Below are positions 1-12,900 of a stretch of DNA of 64,000 nucleotides, piece by piece. Each line of letters opens with the position of its first letter. The first letter of the stretch is position 1. The position numbers and the translations under genes are program-made. The notes under the pieces are model-generated. The model saw nothing but the letters and a program-made list of their open reading frames with translations, was not told where the DNA came from and did no database searches. This stretch comes from Anthoceros angustus (lineage: Eukaryota; Plantae; Anthocerotophyta). The stretch is from the NCBI GenBank assembly GCA_010909165.1, contig MU008160.1, positions 1,736,001 to 1,800,000 of the forward strand. Reading direction: 5' to 3'.

Positions 1-41
1 TTAAAAGCAAGACTGGATGCCCAATTCAGCATTGTGCTTAC

Positions 42-2192
42 CGCAGTGAGCTCCCTTCCCAGATTGACACCCTTGGCTCTCTTGCCGAAAGCCAGAGAGC
101 AAGCAGTCTCACCCAGATCATCTTGCTTCGGACTCACATGCACCAACATAATGGTTTTGGAGTCCTCGCCTGCAATTTCTTCAATATGTTAGTGCACATA
201 ACAGAGCTGGGAAAGGGCTGCGTCGACATCATGGGCTCGATGGACCAGCAGACTCACCCAAGGAATCCTGAAGAATTTGCGTCAGTTTGCTATTCCTGCG
301 TGCAGTACAGAACGAAAGCTTCAACAGGCAAGTTTTTGATTCTTCCAGCGACTACACAAGCACAAGCAGCAGCAAGTCTGCTGCCAAGAACGAAGACCTG
401 CCCCCATTCGAAGACCATACCTGAAGGGCACATGAGGCTGCTTCCTTTGCAGCGCACTGATCACGTCACAAAGTGCTGAGAGTGACATGTTGATGGACTT
501 CCCTTCCTGCAGAGTCTGGCCCTTAGCTTGAGTCTTGAGCAGTCGCTCACTACCTCCCAGATCAATGAGCCACATCTTACTATTGGTCTTGCTGCCATCT
601 GGATAGTTGCAGGTTATACTGATTCGCAGGAGGCTGCAACATGAGATACCCCAAAGTCAAGACACTCTGGCCCATGGCCTGCAATGCGAGACGAATATGT
701 GACGAAAGACGATGCATCACAAGCTCACTCACCAATGAGACCTGCTGGAAGCCTCGTTGGCATTCGTCCAAGACGTGGATCTAGTCCGACTTCCGATGTG
801 GTACAGCCTTTTTGCTTGCTGGAAATCGGAGACAGGAAGCTCCGACAGGTTCTCGACTTCGATGAACCCCGTCGGACCCATTTGAATTGACAGGCTGCGC
901 ACAGGAAGGAACACCACACCGAAAGCGGTCATGTCCCATTCTAAAATTCAGCAGGTGCGTAACGCGTATGCAAGGAATGCGCATGCATGACGAGTCCTAC
1001 CACTTGGGAGGAGGGTCATTAATCCGGGTACGGCGAGGAACCAGCAGATCTCGCAAGGAGCCCATGTAGACTTCCAGCATGCTCAAGGAGTAGCTAAAAT
1101 GGGCGTCGCTCTCCTTGGACGCTTCGATGAAGAGCTGCTCCAATGTGCGAGGTACAACTCCCGGACAATCCTTGTTTCCCTCCTGGCATTCCAAAAGGCA
1201 ACCCAATCCATCAACATTCCTCACTCTCGCAGCAGGCATCAATCAACCTTCATCCCACCAGCACCAGCGACAACGCTAGCTACCCATACCATGGTGAAGG
1301 TCTTCCCAGTGCCAGTTTGCCCATACGCGAAAATGCACACATTGTGCCCATCCAGCGCCGACTGTATGATGGGCTGCACCTCGGAGAAGACATCATCTAG
1401 CAGCAAGACGGAGAACGAATCAAAACCAGCCCAGCCCAGGCTCTGCAACTTCCACCAGCCTGTCTCCGTCATGACACACCTGCCAGGAGACGTAGCTCAC
1501 TCACCTTGAGGTGCCACGGGATCAAACACTCTGTCAAATTGGAAGTCTTTGGCCACCTTCCCCGGCGCCGGGATGATGACCTTGTCAGCGTCAGGAGTGA
1601 CAAGAGGCCCAGTCCTAGCCCGACGTTCGTTGGGCAGTAGAGGCCTCACTCGACAAAAAACTCTGATATTCCCTGCAAACTCCACCGAATCCACTCCCAT
1701 CACCATACGCCCCATCCACCACCTCACCAGCAGCGAGGAAACAGACCGACCCTTCACCCACCTTTCAGATCCAGGTACCGGTTCAGGGTCGCCCTCCGCT
1801 TCACACTGGATGCGTTCAATGCTGCCCTCAACCTCCGAAGCTCAGCTGCAACAAGGAGGATAATGACGGTGAGCCCACAAAACCTGCATTTCCATTCCAC
1901 CAACCCAACAACCATCCCCGCGCTCCTTCGACAACCCACCTTCCAGCCGCTCGTTGGAGGCCGAGAACCCCTCGGACTCAGTTGGCGACAGCCCGCCCTC
2001 GCTCTGCGGGCTGGGAGGCGACGATGAGGGAGCGTACTGGTCCTCGATGATGAGCCGCACGGACTCGGCCCAGGTGAAGGTCAAATCGCTCTTGGAGCCT
2101 AGGAGGGACTGGATGGACTCCCCGAGCTGCAGCAGGGACGTGGAAGACCGCTTCTGCTGCCCGTCAGAGGGCTCATCGGCCATGAAAAACAT
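42..2192 (-). CDS. Kinesin-14 family motor protein (KIN-14T/U-like), 5' part; gene continues past the left edge
   Basis: Exons reconstructed with GT-AG sites: 2192-1940, 1845-1762, 1672-1505, 1396-1290, 1182-1001, 894-733, 633-421, 295-258, 169-42. Motifs: kinesin-14 neck [16 protein letters not shown]-loop GQTGTGKT, switch I NEASSRSH, switch [27 protein letters not shown]. Confidence 0.95.
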
Positions 2193-2498
2193 CTTCTCTT
2201 CCGCTGCACCTTCAGACTATCGCTGCGCCGTTCCGCCTTCTCCAGGATCCCGCATGTTCCCGCTTCCCGCCCACCGCATTTCAGGCCTGTCCTGCAGGCG
2301 CAGCAATTCCCAGCTCAACACCATCCACATTCCCTGCCACCCAATTCCTGCCCACCACCCAGTGCCCACCAAGGCGAGGCGCCCACCACCCAGTGCCCAC
2401 CAAGGCAAGGCGCCCACCACTCACCTCGCAGCTGCAGAAGCGCAATCCAATCCGGGAGCAATTGCGAAGCCAGGGGAGGGAGGCCGGGGCCGAGCGGA

Positions 2499-2538
2499 AG
2501 GAGGAGGAGGAGGAGGAGCAGCAGCAGCAGCAGCAGCA
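2499..2538. repeat. Compound (GGA)n(GCA)n microsatellite upstream of the kinesin start
   Basis: Direct reading: aggaggaggagg...gcagcagcagcag. Confidence 0.9.
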
Positions 2539-5503
2539 ATTACGTGCGGCAGCACACAAGTCCAGCTATGGCAGCCGCTGGCCAGCCCTCACTTGCTCTT
2601 ACTGTACGCACGTCCCGCTGGGATCAAAATAGATACACCCAAGCACATCGCACTAGCGCTGTGACTGTGAGACGCAGGCCTGGAAATTGCTCTGCTCTCC
2701 CTCTCCCTCTCCCTGAGCGTCCACTGTGCTTTCTTCTGCCTCCTCCTGTTCTGCGCTCTGCCAGTCCTCTTGTTTCTTCTGCTCTGTTCTGTTCTGTTCC
2801 AGTTCTGCCTTTTTCTCCTTGCCAGTTTACATTAAAATATGGGTCAAATTCCTCGCCCATTCCTCGCGCTTGCCTTGCCGGTCGCCGGTCATTCACAATC
2901 TCACATGTCTCTGCTCTCACGGCTCACAATGCCACACACAATAATGAGGCGTGTGAAATTTGAAGGAGTTTTACCACGAGAGCGCATCATTCATGGGCGC
3001 ATGCTCGATACAGTCGTGCCGGATCTGCAAAATATTCCACCAATCCCTCTCCAATTCGGCCCCATGCCATTGGCTGCACATACTGGATCATGATTGTGAA
3101 GTGAGAATAGCCTTATTCTCACCGAAGGTATGAACAAAATATCATCGAAAGAGTTTGTGCTCATTTTCACCATCATGTTTCTTGAGGAGGGAAAGACACC
3201 ATTATTGAATTCCCAACTACCCAAACCACCTAGTCCTAATCATAACCCATCAAAGATGAAAACCCAAAACATAATGCAAAGGCCGGAAACAAGTGAAACT
3301 AGCATGTGGGACCACTACACTCTCTCACAATGTTAGAAATAAGGAACACAATGGGAACACTTTTCCAGTATGAGAAGATTGGGATGAGCCTATCTACACC
3401 AGGAACAGCTTGGGAGAGACCACGGGCGATCACAATAAAGAAAAGAAAACTTATAATACCTTCAAGAAGCTAAAAAAGCGAAACACGTAGAAACATGGCT
3501 GAGAAGTTAGAAAACATAGAAAAGTAGCTCCCTTTCAATCATCCATTCTTTTTATCAATCCACGGAGATGGTAACAAAATTTAGGAATGGAAGATCGTGT
3601 ATAATAAGCTACCCGGCCCAGGGGTCCCACTTGAAGATTTGGCTTGCGGGAGAAGGAAGTTCAACCCATGGGCCCATATGGGGATTTGAGCTATGTGATT
3701 TACAGCCTCTACTCCTTCCCTCAAGCATGTGCTACGAGAAACAAAGGCCCTGCTTTCCGTGCTTGGAAGGGAGTCCTTGCTTCTTCCAAAGGCTGAAATT
3801 TCAAACTTGGAAAAAAAACATCTCGGGAATCTGAATTCCAAGATGGTCGAATCCGACGAAGCCTTTGCTTTCAACGAGGCGTGTACAAAGGGCGGGGAAG
3901 CGGACGCAGTCGGGTCCAAATGTAAAAGGAAGGAAAAAGCGGGTCCACGCTTTTCCGGGCCGTAGGCGGTTAAGTTAACCCCACCTACCCCGTCCGGTTC
4001 ATGAGCGAGGAATCCAGCACGTAACGTCCCACAGAACGGGGCGGGGACGGCAACGGCAACGGGTCCCCGGCTGTGACTACGTGTGGACGTGGTAACGCAT
4101 GACCATCATGTGGTCATGTGGGTGGCCAAACCCAGGTTCGAACTTTTACCTCGAGAAAACCTATTATTAAAATTATATATATTTAATAATATATTGAATT
4201 TTTTTTCTAAGTTCTAGTAATTTATGGTTGGTGATGGAAGGAGACCGGTCAGGAAGTGTATGACCGAGCTTACTTACTTGATGGATAAAAATAACCTTAG
4301 TCGTACGTTTAGAAGGAAGACTCCAAATGATGTAATATGACTAATTTTTCCATACGGCAAGACTGAATTGAGTGTCAGACACATGCATGTGCATTCTTAT
4401 CCATTCAAATCCCAAAAAGTTAAAGGTCATATAATTTTGGTGAACATTAAAATAGTTATTGTATGAGCTAAATATACTTTTATATTATACCACCAAAGAC
4501 TTGATTTTGTCTTTTCATGAATTATTGAAGAATAATGCTGTCAAACTAATATATATGATGTATCTTATTAAACGTTACGTCATACTTGGCGCATTAGGAC
4601 CAAAGAAAGATATTAGATGTTCCACAAGAAGAGAGAACATTTTACACACGCGTTTCGTTCCAGTCCTTCTTGCAACAAATTCATGTTTATGTACGTGGGT
4701 TCTCGCAGTTTCCCCTCGGAATTTTAGTAGGTATATAGAGTTTCTGAAATTCGGTAGGTGTAAGATCGAATTGCTCATTGTCCGTGCCAAGTCGAGACGT
4801 CTCATGAATAGGGCCACGCAGTAGGTGCGTCATGAATGGGCACATGCCGGTCATCATGTTGTCGACCGCTGTGTCAGCCCATGTCAGCTGCCGACATCCC
4901 GGCCACCGGGACACCGGGTGGAGCCGCGACGGCTGCGCTGGATCCGGTCACCTTGGCTGCGCTTGTAACCCCCGGTGGAAACGTGTCCCATTCGTTGTCG
5001 CTTAAAATAAGCGTTTCTCTTATACGGTGCGGGGACGTGGAAAAAACGTGGGTCGAAGTGGCGTCTATTCTTGGGTCCTAGGTCTGGGGCCCAACCACCT
5101 TCCGAGCCTCTGGAATTCGCGTATCTTGGCCAGGTGTTGTGCGGAGCCGTGTCGGGGTGAGGCCTGGCGACATTCCGGACGTCGTGTCCCATTTCCTTCC
5201 TCCCATTGATGCAGCGCGGTCCGTACGAATCGAACCTTTTCCAGACCTAGCCTTTAATTCCCCCCCAGGCCGCCTCGTGTCGAAACCAGGAACTGTGACG
5301 GTCGAGCCTGGCTTTCCTACCCTGCTGCGTGAAGCTAGGGTCGGTGGGGATTGAAGGGTTGAAGTGGCCTGGAATCGTACGGCCGACCGCCGGTCGCCGA
5401 CGTTCCTTCTCTGGCTTGGCTGCCAAGTGTGAAGTAGCAGGGTCGGGTGGTTGATTAATGTGTGATATTTTTACAACAAATGTCGTGGCCGATCGTTTAA
5501 TAT

Positions 5504-7409
5504 GTGGGTAATGTGTATGAGAAATATGGTCCGACATCGATACAGTTGCTTTGTCGTTTCACATCATGGAGAACAAGGAAACCCAACAAGCACACAGTGA
5601 CTGCGTCTGACTACATAGGGCCATACGGCAAGGCTGTGCCTATCATATGGGGGGCAGTAGCTTCTTGGACTGTGTGTATTGATCTGGGGTGAGATAGGAT
5701 AGCAAGCATTTTGGTTCTCCAGAGTCTATCATCCCAAGTGAAAATGAAGATGGCAATGGAAAAGGCCGCAGCGGTTTGCGAGAAGTACATGGCAGAGGTC
5801 GTTTTGGCACCATACCAGGTTCATTTGCATCGTCCATATGGTGCAGCCTGTAAATGAATGGATGGGAATGTCTGGACAGAGGTGGGTAGTAGTAGTTCTA
5901 CCTGAATGCATGACATGACTCCTGAACGTGCTGATGGGTGGCAGGGGCCGCCGTTGGGCCGGGCTACAGAGGATTTTGTTCAGAAGACTGCAGCATACGT
6001 GCACGAATGGCCCAAAGCCTTGCCATTGCGAGGGATTATCATCGGGCAGTATCCTACTGTATCTGACGTGCTTTCAGCACCACCCTTGGCTGCTTCCTTC
6101 TCATAGTATGGGTCTGGTGGACGTGAGATCTTTGGATTCGTCGAGTTCGCGTCGATGATCAGGCAGGACAAGAACTGTGGGACCCGGGTTATGGGCTGTA
6201 GAACTGACCTGGGTTGGTTTGTGGTTTTGTCAGTGAAGGGGATCGTCGTCCGGCTGTTGTAGGGACTATGGTCCATGAAATGATGCTGAGTGTGGGCCCT
6301 GAGGCTGTGGCCTTCGGCGAGGAGGCTTTGACACAGGCAATTCGGAACGGCTGGAAGCTCATTGATGAGGGAGTGCTGTCTGTCCATACATTGCCATTTG
6401 GTAAGCTTCACTTTACCTGGATTGATGTAAGGTACAAATTTTCCATGACCTGAAGCTATGGATGTTCTGAATTGAACAAGATGCTATAGATATTGCTAAA
6501 CATGCTTTACAGGTCCTGTGGATGGATACTACACGGCTCCTAAGTCCAGGAAGCCTACAGACAGCTTACGGATAGAGAAATTGGCATCAACTCTGGCTCG
6601 ATTGATAGCTTTAAGCTCGACAACGGTGCAACGACCTCCCGGGGTGGTCACCGTGGTGACTCTGGGGAAGTGGGCGGAGCTTGTTGGAGACCGGATAGTG
6701 AAGGAATTTCAGACGATGAGGCACAAATTGTCGAATGGCTGGTAGACTGTGGTCGGAATTTGGCATTGTTGTAACTGCCATGAAGAGCACAATGTCATAA
6801 TTTGTCAGCACCGGATTCAGTTCACATGATTCCGGGTCAGGACTGACACCATTTGCAAATGCATGCTGCAGGGTAGTGCAGCTGAACAAGCTTTACCATC
6901 CAGGCTACATCTGGCACACATACAAGAAGACAAGGTTGTCCACTGTGACATTGGGTGGGGAGGCTGAGCTGCAGGCTCTCTTCAGGCTCTTCACTGGGTC
7001 CAGGACAAAGAAGAGGCACTCTCCTCGCCCGCGTGCACCCGGAGCCTCAGAGGGAAGCAGGTCACAGCTAGTGCAGGCTGCAGCCAATTCTGTCGGACCC
7101 GGACAGACGGTAAGGATTGCAGCACCCAGTAAAGAACTCGTGCCAACAGCTTCCAATTTCATCCATCCACAAGAATGTGAGACAAGATTGAGGGTGAGCT
7201 CAACAAATTGTACAAGGCCTCCAGAACTTAGTGGAGAGTCGGCTTCCAGTTCCAGCTTCAGGCGTGAAAGCCTGAACGGATGTCGGCCGGCTGCGAGCCT
7301 GCCGACATCCGTAGAGGTAAGCTCAGCCTTGCAGTCTGAAGGATCACAGCATTCGCCACCAGAGTCGAGAAGCCTACTGGCCGCGCTCAGACGCTGGAAA
7401 ATTTGGTAG
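5504..7409 (+). pseudogene. Spliced pseudogene with uracil-DNA-glycosylase-superfamily-like motifs
   Basis: Three introns (6163-6233 GC-AG, 6401-6512 GT-AG, 6742-6871 GT-AG) each join the ORF pieces in frame. Motif order IIIGQYP / EGVLSVHT / VVTLGKWA / LYHPGY. In-frame stops (~5690, ~5855, ~5903, 6104) fit C>T/G>A decay. Confidence 0.55.
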
Positions 7410-7779
7410 GAGGACTGCGTGCTTGAGAGAATTCTAGCAGTTCAACATCTGAAAAGCTTTGATGGTACAAGATTACCGTAGAGCAGCTCAAGCAGCAAGC
7501 AAGCTCTTGAGCTTGGGTAGGTTAGAAGACAACACATTTCTTGCAAGATCCCCGGAACAACTTTATTGATCTTGAAATCTGTTATAGACCACTGGAAAAC
7601 TCCCAGACTAGCAGCACAGGGTCCGGTTCTACCTTTGTGACTGACTAGTAATGAGCTAGTTGGAAAATTTAAAGCAATCTCTTCTTTCTCAAGTAGAGGA
7701 AAGACGTGGAGACTTTATACAAAGAACGAGATGCAAATCCCATCTACCCCGAGGCAAAAGGGGACAGACCACGACGGGC

Positions 7780-8000
7780 ACCAGGCCAGGGTCGTGCCCC
7801 GCACTAACCAGGCTAGGGTCGTGCCCCGCACTAATCTATCCTATAACCTCCAACCGCCCCGAAGATGTCGAGATAGGGGAGGGGGGCATGCCCTCGCACT
7901 AATCTATCGCCGTCCGAGATAGGGGAGGGGAGCGTAGCCCCGCACTAATCTATCCTATAGCCCCCAACAGCCCTAAAGATGTCGCCATTCGAGATAGGGA
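7780..8000. repeat. Short complex tandem repeats (ccagg.tagggtcgtgccccgcacta; cgcactaatctatc...gagataggggagggg)
   Basis: Motifs repeated 2-4 times, directly 3' of the CRE-like fragment. Confidence 0.75.
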
Positions 8001-8029
8001 AGAGCCTACTTTCCACTGGTGCCGTCAAT

Positions 8030-8770
8030 GTCGCGTCTCCAACACTTATGATCGTCTAAAGATCGAAGCTTGCCAATGCCACCACACTGGAAAGGGGAGG
8101 CCAACTCCGCCCCTGTGTTGTGGTAGGCCCTTGCGTACATCTTGATGAAACAAGAAAAATTCTTATCCAAGCCCCATGGATTTCAATGGCAAGGGATGAA
8201 AATGTGACCTTGTTGCATGGGCTGTATTTGTAAATTTTCTTAGTTGCGCTCCCTTCTGCCACCCAACCTAGAGGGTTGATGATGACATGGTTGCTTTTGG
8301 CAGATTGGCTACTTTTAGGTTGGATTGGATGTTAACCACTGGTTGGGTCAGTGATAACCACGTCCACAACTGAGACCTCGTTCCCCACGTAAAGAAAAGG
8401 TCAACTCCGATAGAGACGCCATTGAGCAGAGTATACTACCGCTCCTTGAAAGGGAAGAAACCGCTCTCTTTGGCCATAGAGAACATGACATCTCGGGTGT
8501 AGCAATACATTGTCCACCCATTGCACAACTGCACAACGCGCTAAGTGGGCCCCACACTCGTCAATGAAGGCTACACAGCAGGCCGGAGGAGAACAAGCTA
8601 GTGGTCGGACCTGACCCCAGCAAAATCTCATCGCTGTAGAAAAAGAAGCTGGTGCGATTCGGAACGCTTGGATGCAAGGGTGGGCCAGAAGCCAAGAACC
8701 TACACCCTTCCCTGAGCAAGAGCAAAGGTGAGCTCTAGTGGGATGAGAAACAGATGAATCCAGAAGAAGA
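8030..8770 (-). mobile_element. 3' fragment of an RLE-type non-LTR retrotransposon (CRE-clade-like), degraded
   Basis: Motifs across frames: WLLAHP..F..AMRF, zinc-knuckle region DECGAHLARC..GGQCIAT, VDVVITDPT, AE...KKIYKY...F.SLAIEIHGAW (restriction-like endonuclease). Confidence 0.7.
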
Positions 8771-9159
8771 CCCTGCAGAGGTGCCCATAATGCTTCTACT
8801 AGAGAGAAGCCTGCAACCCCCAAGCCCATCTGCGAGAAACGAAGAAAAACAAGGCATGGCCTCCCTGGCCAGAGGGGATAAAATATCCTTAGCCGACCTT
8901 ATGGACACTTGGAGGGGGAAGCACCCTCCTCAACTCCTACAACGAAATTCTTCAAAATGTTGCCATCTCGGATGATGATGAAGATGAGGAAAAATAAACC
9001 ACAAAAGTGGAAAAAGCATGGCCAGATTGTATCCTAAGTATTACCAAACTTCCACTTCAATCTTTTTATCCACATGCACCCATATCCTAGGATTGATCCT
9101 TCGACAATATTACTTTCCTCCTGTGCATGTGTCATCACTCCCTCCAGCCTCCTACAACT

Positions 9160-9226
9160 TCCCACATCCTCCCACATCCTCCCACATCCTCCTACATCGT
9201 CCCACATCCTCCTACATCCTCCCACA
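9160..9226. repeat. 10-bp tandem repeat (cccacatcct)n
   Basis: Direct reading, about 6 degenerate units. Confidence 0.85.
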
Positions 9227-9279
9227 ATTGCTTCCTCCCATGGTTGCCTCCAACATCCACCAAACATCCTCCCGGATTG

Positions 9280-9709
9280 ACCATCTTTGAAGGCCTCCAT
9301 CACAACAATCATCACATCCCTCACACAGCAATCATCACATCCCTCACCACAGCCACTTGAAACCTGTTGCACCCTGAACATCTCACAACAGTCATCACAT
9401 TCCTTACCACAACCACTTGAAACCTATTGGACCCTGAACATCTCAAAGCGCTTCCGTTCCAAAATGGGAGCATCCTTCAAGAGAGCATCCCTTCCTATGG
9501 GGAGGATAACCATCTTTGAAGGCCTCCATCGCAGCAATCATCACATCTCTCACCACAGCCACTTCAAACCTATTGCACCCTAAACATATCTCACAACAAT
9601 CATCACATCCCTTACCATCACACCACTTGAAACCTGTTGGACCCTGAACATCTCAAAGCACTCCCGTTCCAAAATGGGAGCATCCTTCAAGAGAGCATCC
9701 CTTCCTATG
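9280..9709. repeat. ~200-230-bp tandem duplication with internal sub-repeats, downstream of the HMA stop
   Basis: accatctttgaaggcctccatc...gagagcatcccttcctatg starts at ~9280 and ~9510. Confidence 0.85.
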
Positions 9710-9964
9710 TATAGTACATATGTACAAGACATAGGTGAGGGGCGATAAAAGGAGGTGAGTTAGGCATGGGTTTGTGGTCGGGGCGGGCCAGACGTTACAC
9801 GGCTTGTTAGGTTCGACCCTCTTCGCGTCCGCCTGCTGCTTCCCCTCCGGCCATCAGTTTCCATAGTGGAGGAATTTGATGAGTATGTTGAAATATTAAA
9901 TACAGGGGCGGAATATGATGATGGCTGTGCAGCATAATCGATGAGGACTCCCCAGTATAGGTAG

Positions 9965-12900
9965 TCAAATGTGGTTGCAGCACGTAACATGGAGGACCTC
10001 GACAGGCCTGTTCACCCTCTTCTGGTAAGTTGCGGAGGTGGCACTACCTGTACCGCAACTGGGGTGGGAATCATCTGGAGAAGGACAAGTTTCTTCATGC
10101 TCTTTCCCGGGTCTGTGGGGCTTCCAATTGCTGCAGCAGACTGCCGGCTTCTGATCATGGTGTGCATGGTGGGACAATTTCACGTGGTTTTGTGAATGGA
10201 TGGATACTGCCCCCGGGCCTTTCTCCACATTCACCTGTTCCTGGTGCTCGCAGCATACCTTGGCAGTCTCGCAGCCGGTGTCGACCTTCCCCGGATCGAG
10301 GGCTCCAGCTCCCAAGCAGGAGGAAGAGCCCATCAGATTCTTGCAGCCTGTCAGACATTCAAAACCGTCTTTGGAACCCAACCTCCTCCTCACAACGCTT
10401 GCAGACAACGAGCTGTCGCAGCATTTCTGGACTGCATGCTCGTGACCTAATTCCATATCATGGGCACAGCATTGTGGGGAAGACAACCCACCATGGTCCT
10501 GTACTTTGCTTTCCATGCTTGCCAGAGAGGGGCAACAGGTTGGCTCATGGTGCTCTGTCTCGCAGTCCTGCTTCCCGTGCTTGTGGCCAAGAGTACATGG
10601 CTGGGAATCCACCTTTAACTCATGTTCGAGCTTCCTCCCGTGTTTGTGGCCGTTCTTGTGTCTGAAAAGTCCCCACAATCCATGTTTGTGCTCATGACTG
10701 TGGTTATCATGACAGTGTTCATGGGGCTCATGAGAATGGAGGTGAGCCTGTTTCTTCCTCTTTAACAAGAGCATGCTGTTGAAGGTAACAATCAGGCAGG
10801 TACCAACGTCTGCCAGTACAGCAACCCACAGAGAGACATACCCCACAGCCGCCAGCACAATGATTGCAACCTTTGTGATGAGCGAGAGAAAGATGTTTTG
10901 CTGCACTTTCCTCAGGCAGGCTTGACCTAGGTGCACTGCCCCTGCAATCTTCCTCAGATCATTTGACATTAGAGCAACATCTGCTGTCTCCATGGCAACA
11001 GCTGAGCCAGCAACCCCCATTGCTATTCCCACATCCGCCGCAGCCAAGGCTGGTGCGTCATTGAAGCCATCCCCTATCATCCCTATTACACCCCTGCTCC
11101 TCTTCTGCTCTATCAACCTGACCTTGTCCTCTGGTAGCAGTTGACAGTAAACTTCGATGTCGCCTATCTGAAAATCAAACATTGCCCACAGTCTCAATCA
11201 GCTGCCCAGGAGAAAAAGCACATGCAGACATCTTCAGGAGACAAATCAGTGTCTTTCGACCAGTAGAATGCACCTGTCTCCGCACCGCAGCAGCTGCCAG
11301 TTCGCTGTCACCAGTCAGCATCACAACGTGAATTCCAGCTCTCTGTAGAAAAATACCAGGCCGGTCAGCGATGAATGCAGCATTGCATTTACCGATGTCA
11401 GGACAAGTGAAACTATGATCAACCTTCAGGTCAGAAACGGCTTCCGCTGCATCAGGTCGGACTTTATCTCCCACACTGAAAATTGCAACAACCTTGTCGT
11501 TGACCCCTACCCAACCAGCTGTTACCTCTTTTGTCTTCCACTCTTCCACTATTGGAGCCGCGACTGGATCTGTCAATCAGGTCAAAAAAAGAATCACCAC
11601 TGTCTGTGTCTTTATGGGTCTCACCCGCAAGGTAGTGCACTACAGGAACGACAACCATGGTGCTCGAGCCTGGAAGTAAAAGACTTTCACTAACCAGTAC
11701 CTTTGGCCCACCCAAGGCGAGAAGCTAAGCGAACATTGCCAATGCGCACAAGCTGTCCGTCCACCGAAGCAGAGACTCCTTCCCCTGGCAAAATCTGGAA
11801 ATCAGCCACATCTTTGGACGGCTCGACACCATGAGCCCTCGCGTAAGATACCATCGCAGCAGCCATCGGGTGGCTTGCCTTGCTCTCAACACAAGCAATC
11901 CTGCATGCAACTCCACCCACATTACAAAGTGCCTGTTGGTTCTGGACAAACAAACATGAGCCTCAGGCGAGTGCTTCCTTCACTCACCAATACAAAATCT
12001 TTCGGACTTCTACTTGGCTGTCAACAGACTTGACATCCAGCACGCGAAAGTGACCTTCGGTTAAAGTCCCAGTCTTGTCGACTGCAAGGACTTTCATGTT
12101 CCCAAGAGATTCGAGATGGCTTCCACCTTTGATCAGCAGCCCCGCTCTTGCGGCCTGGGCGATGCCACATGTGGTGGCTACCGGAGTTGAGATGATCAAA
12201 GCACATGGGCAGGCCACCACAAGCAGAACCAGGGCCAGATAGAGCCAGTGCCTGACGCCATGCACACCAACAGCTGCTGGGACAACTGCAATCAGCAGAG
12301 CAGCCACCACCACGACTGCAAACACACATGAAGACACGATCAATCAGAGCAACCGAAGCGCCTCAGCTGGGACGGGAAAATACTGCACAAATGATCAAAC
12401 GGATACATACTGGGTGTGTAATACTTGGCAAACTTCTCCACCAGTTGTTCAGTCCGAGAACGTGCCGTCTGCGATTCTTCAACAAGTCTCACCATCCTGG
12501 CTACTGCTGAGTTCTCGGACAATGCTGTTGTCTTCATGCTGACATAGCCTATCACCATAACATAGGAGCCAAGTCTCATTTGCTGACAGTAGCCTATCAC
12601 CATAACATAGTAGCCAAGTCTCATTTGCTAGCTGCAAGTAGATATGTAAGTGTGTCTCAATCTGACTGATCGCCCAACAACCACTGCGGATGACATATGC
12701 TGAGATAATTGAGCATCTACCTGACAGATTCATGGTCCCGGCCCAAACAGTTGAATCCGTCTCCTTCTCCACGGGTATGGATTCGCCTGTCAGGGCGCTC
12801 TCATCAACAAAGCTTTTCCCTGACGTGACTACACCATCTATGGGAATCATCTCCCCCGCTCTAACAACAAGTGGAGTGCCCACCTTCACATCTTCCACAC

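Noticed and set aside
1954-2664. 236-aa plus-strand ORF
   Set aside because: Antisense to kinesin exon 1 and its GC-rich, microsatellite-containing leader; no recognisable domain.
3000-5500. Short ORFs and small palindromes between kinesin and the UDG-like pseudogene
   Set aside because: No motif, TIR pair or TSD could be established; probably old TE debris or promoter sequence.
11040-11080. GDGFND instead of canonical GDG(I/V)ND in the HMA hinge
   Set aside because: Single hydrophobic substitution with catalytic residues intact; not enough to infer altered function.
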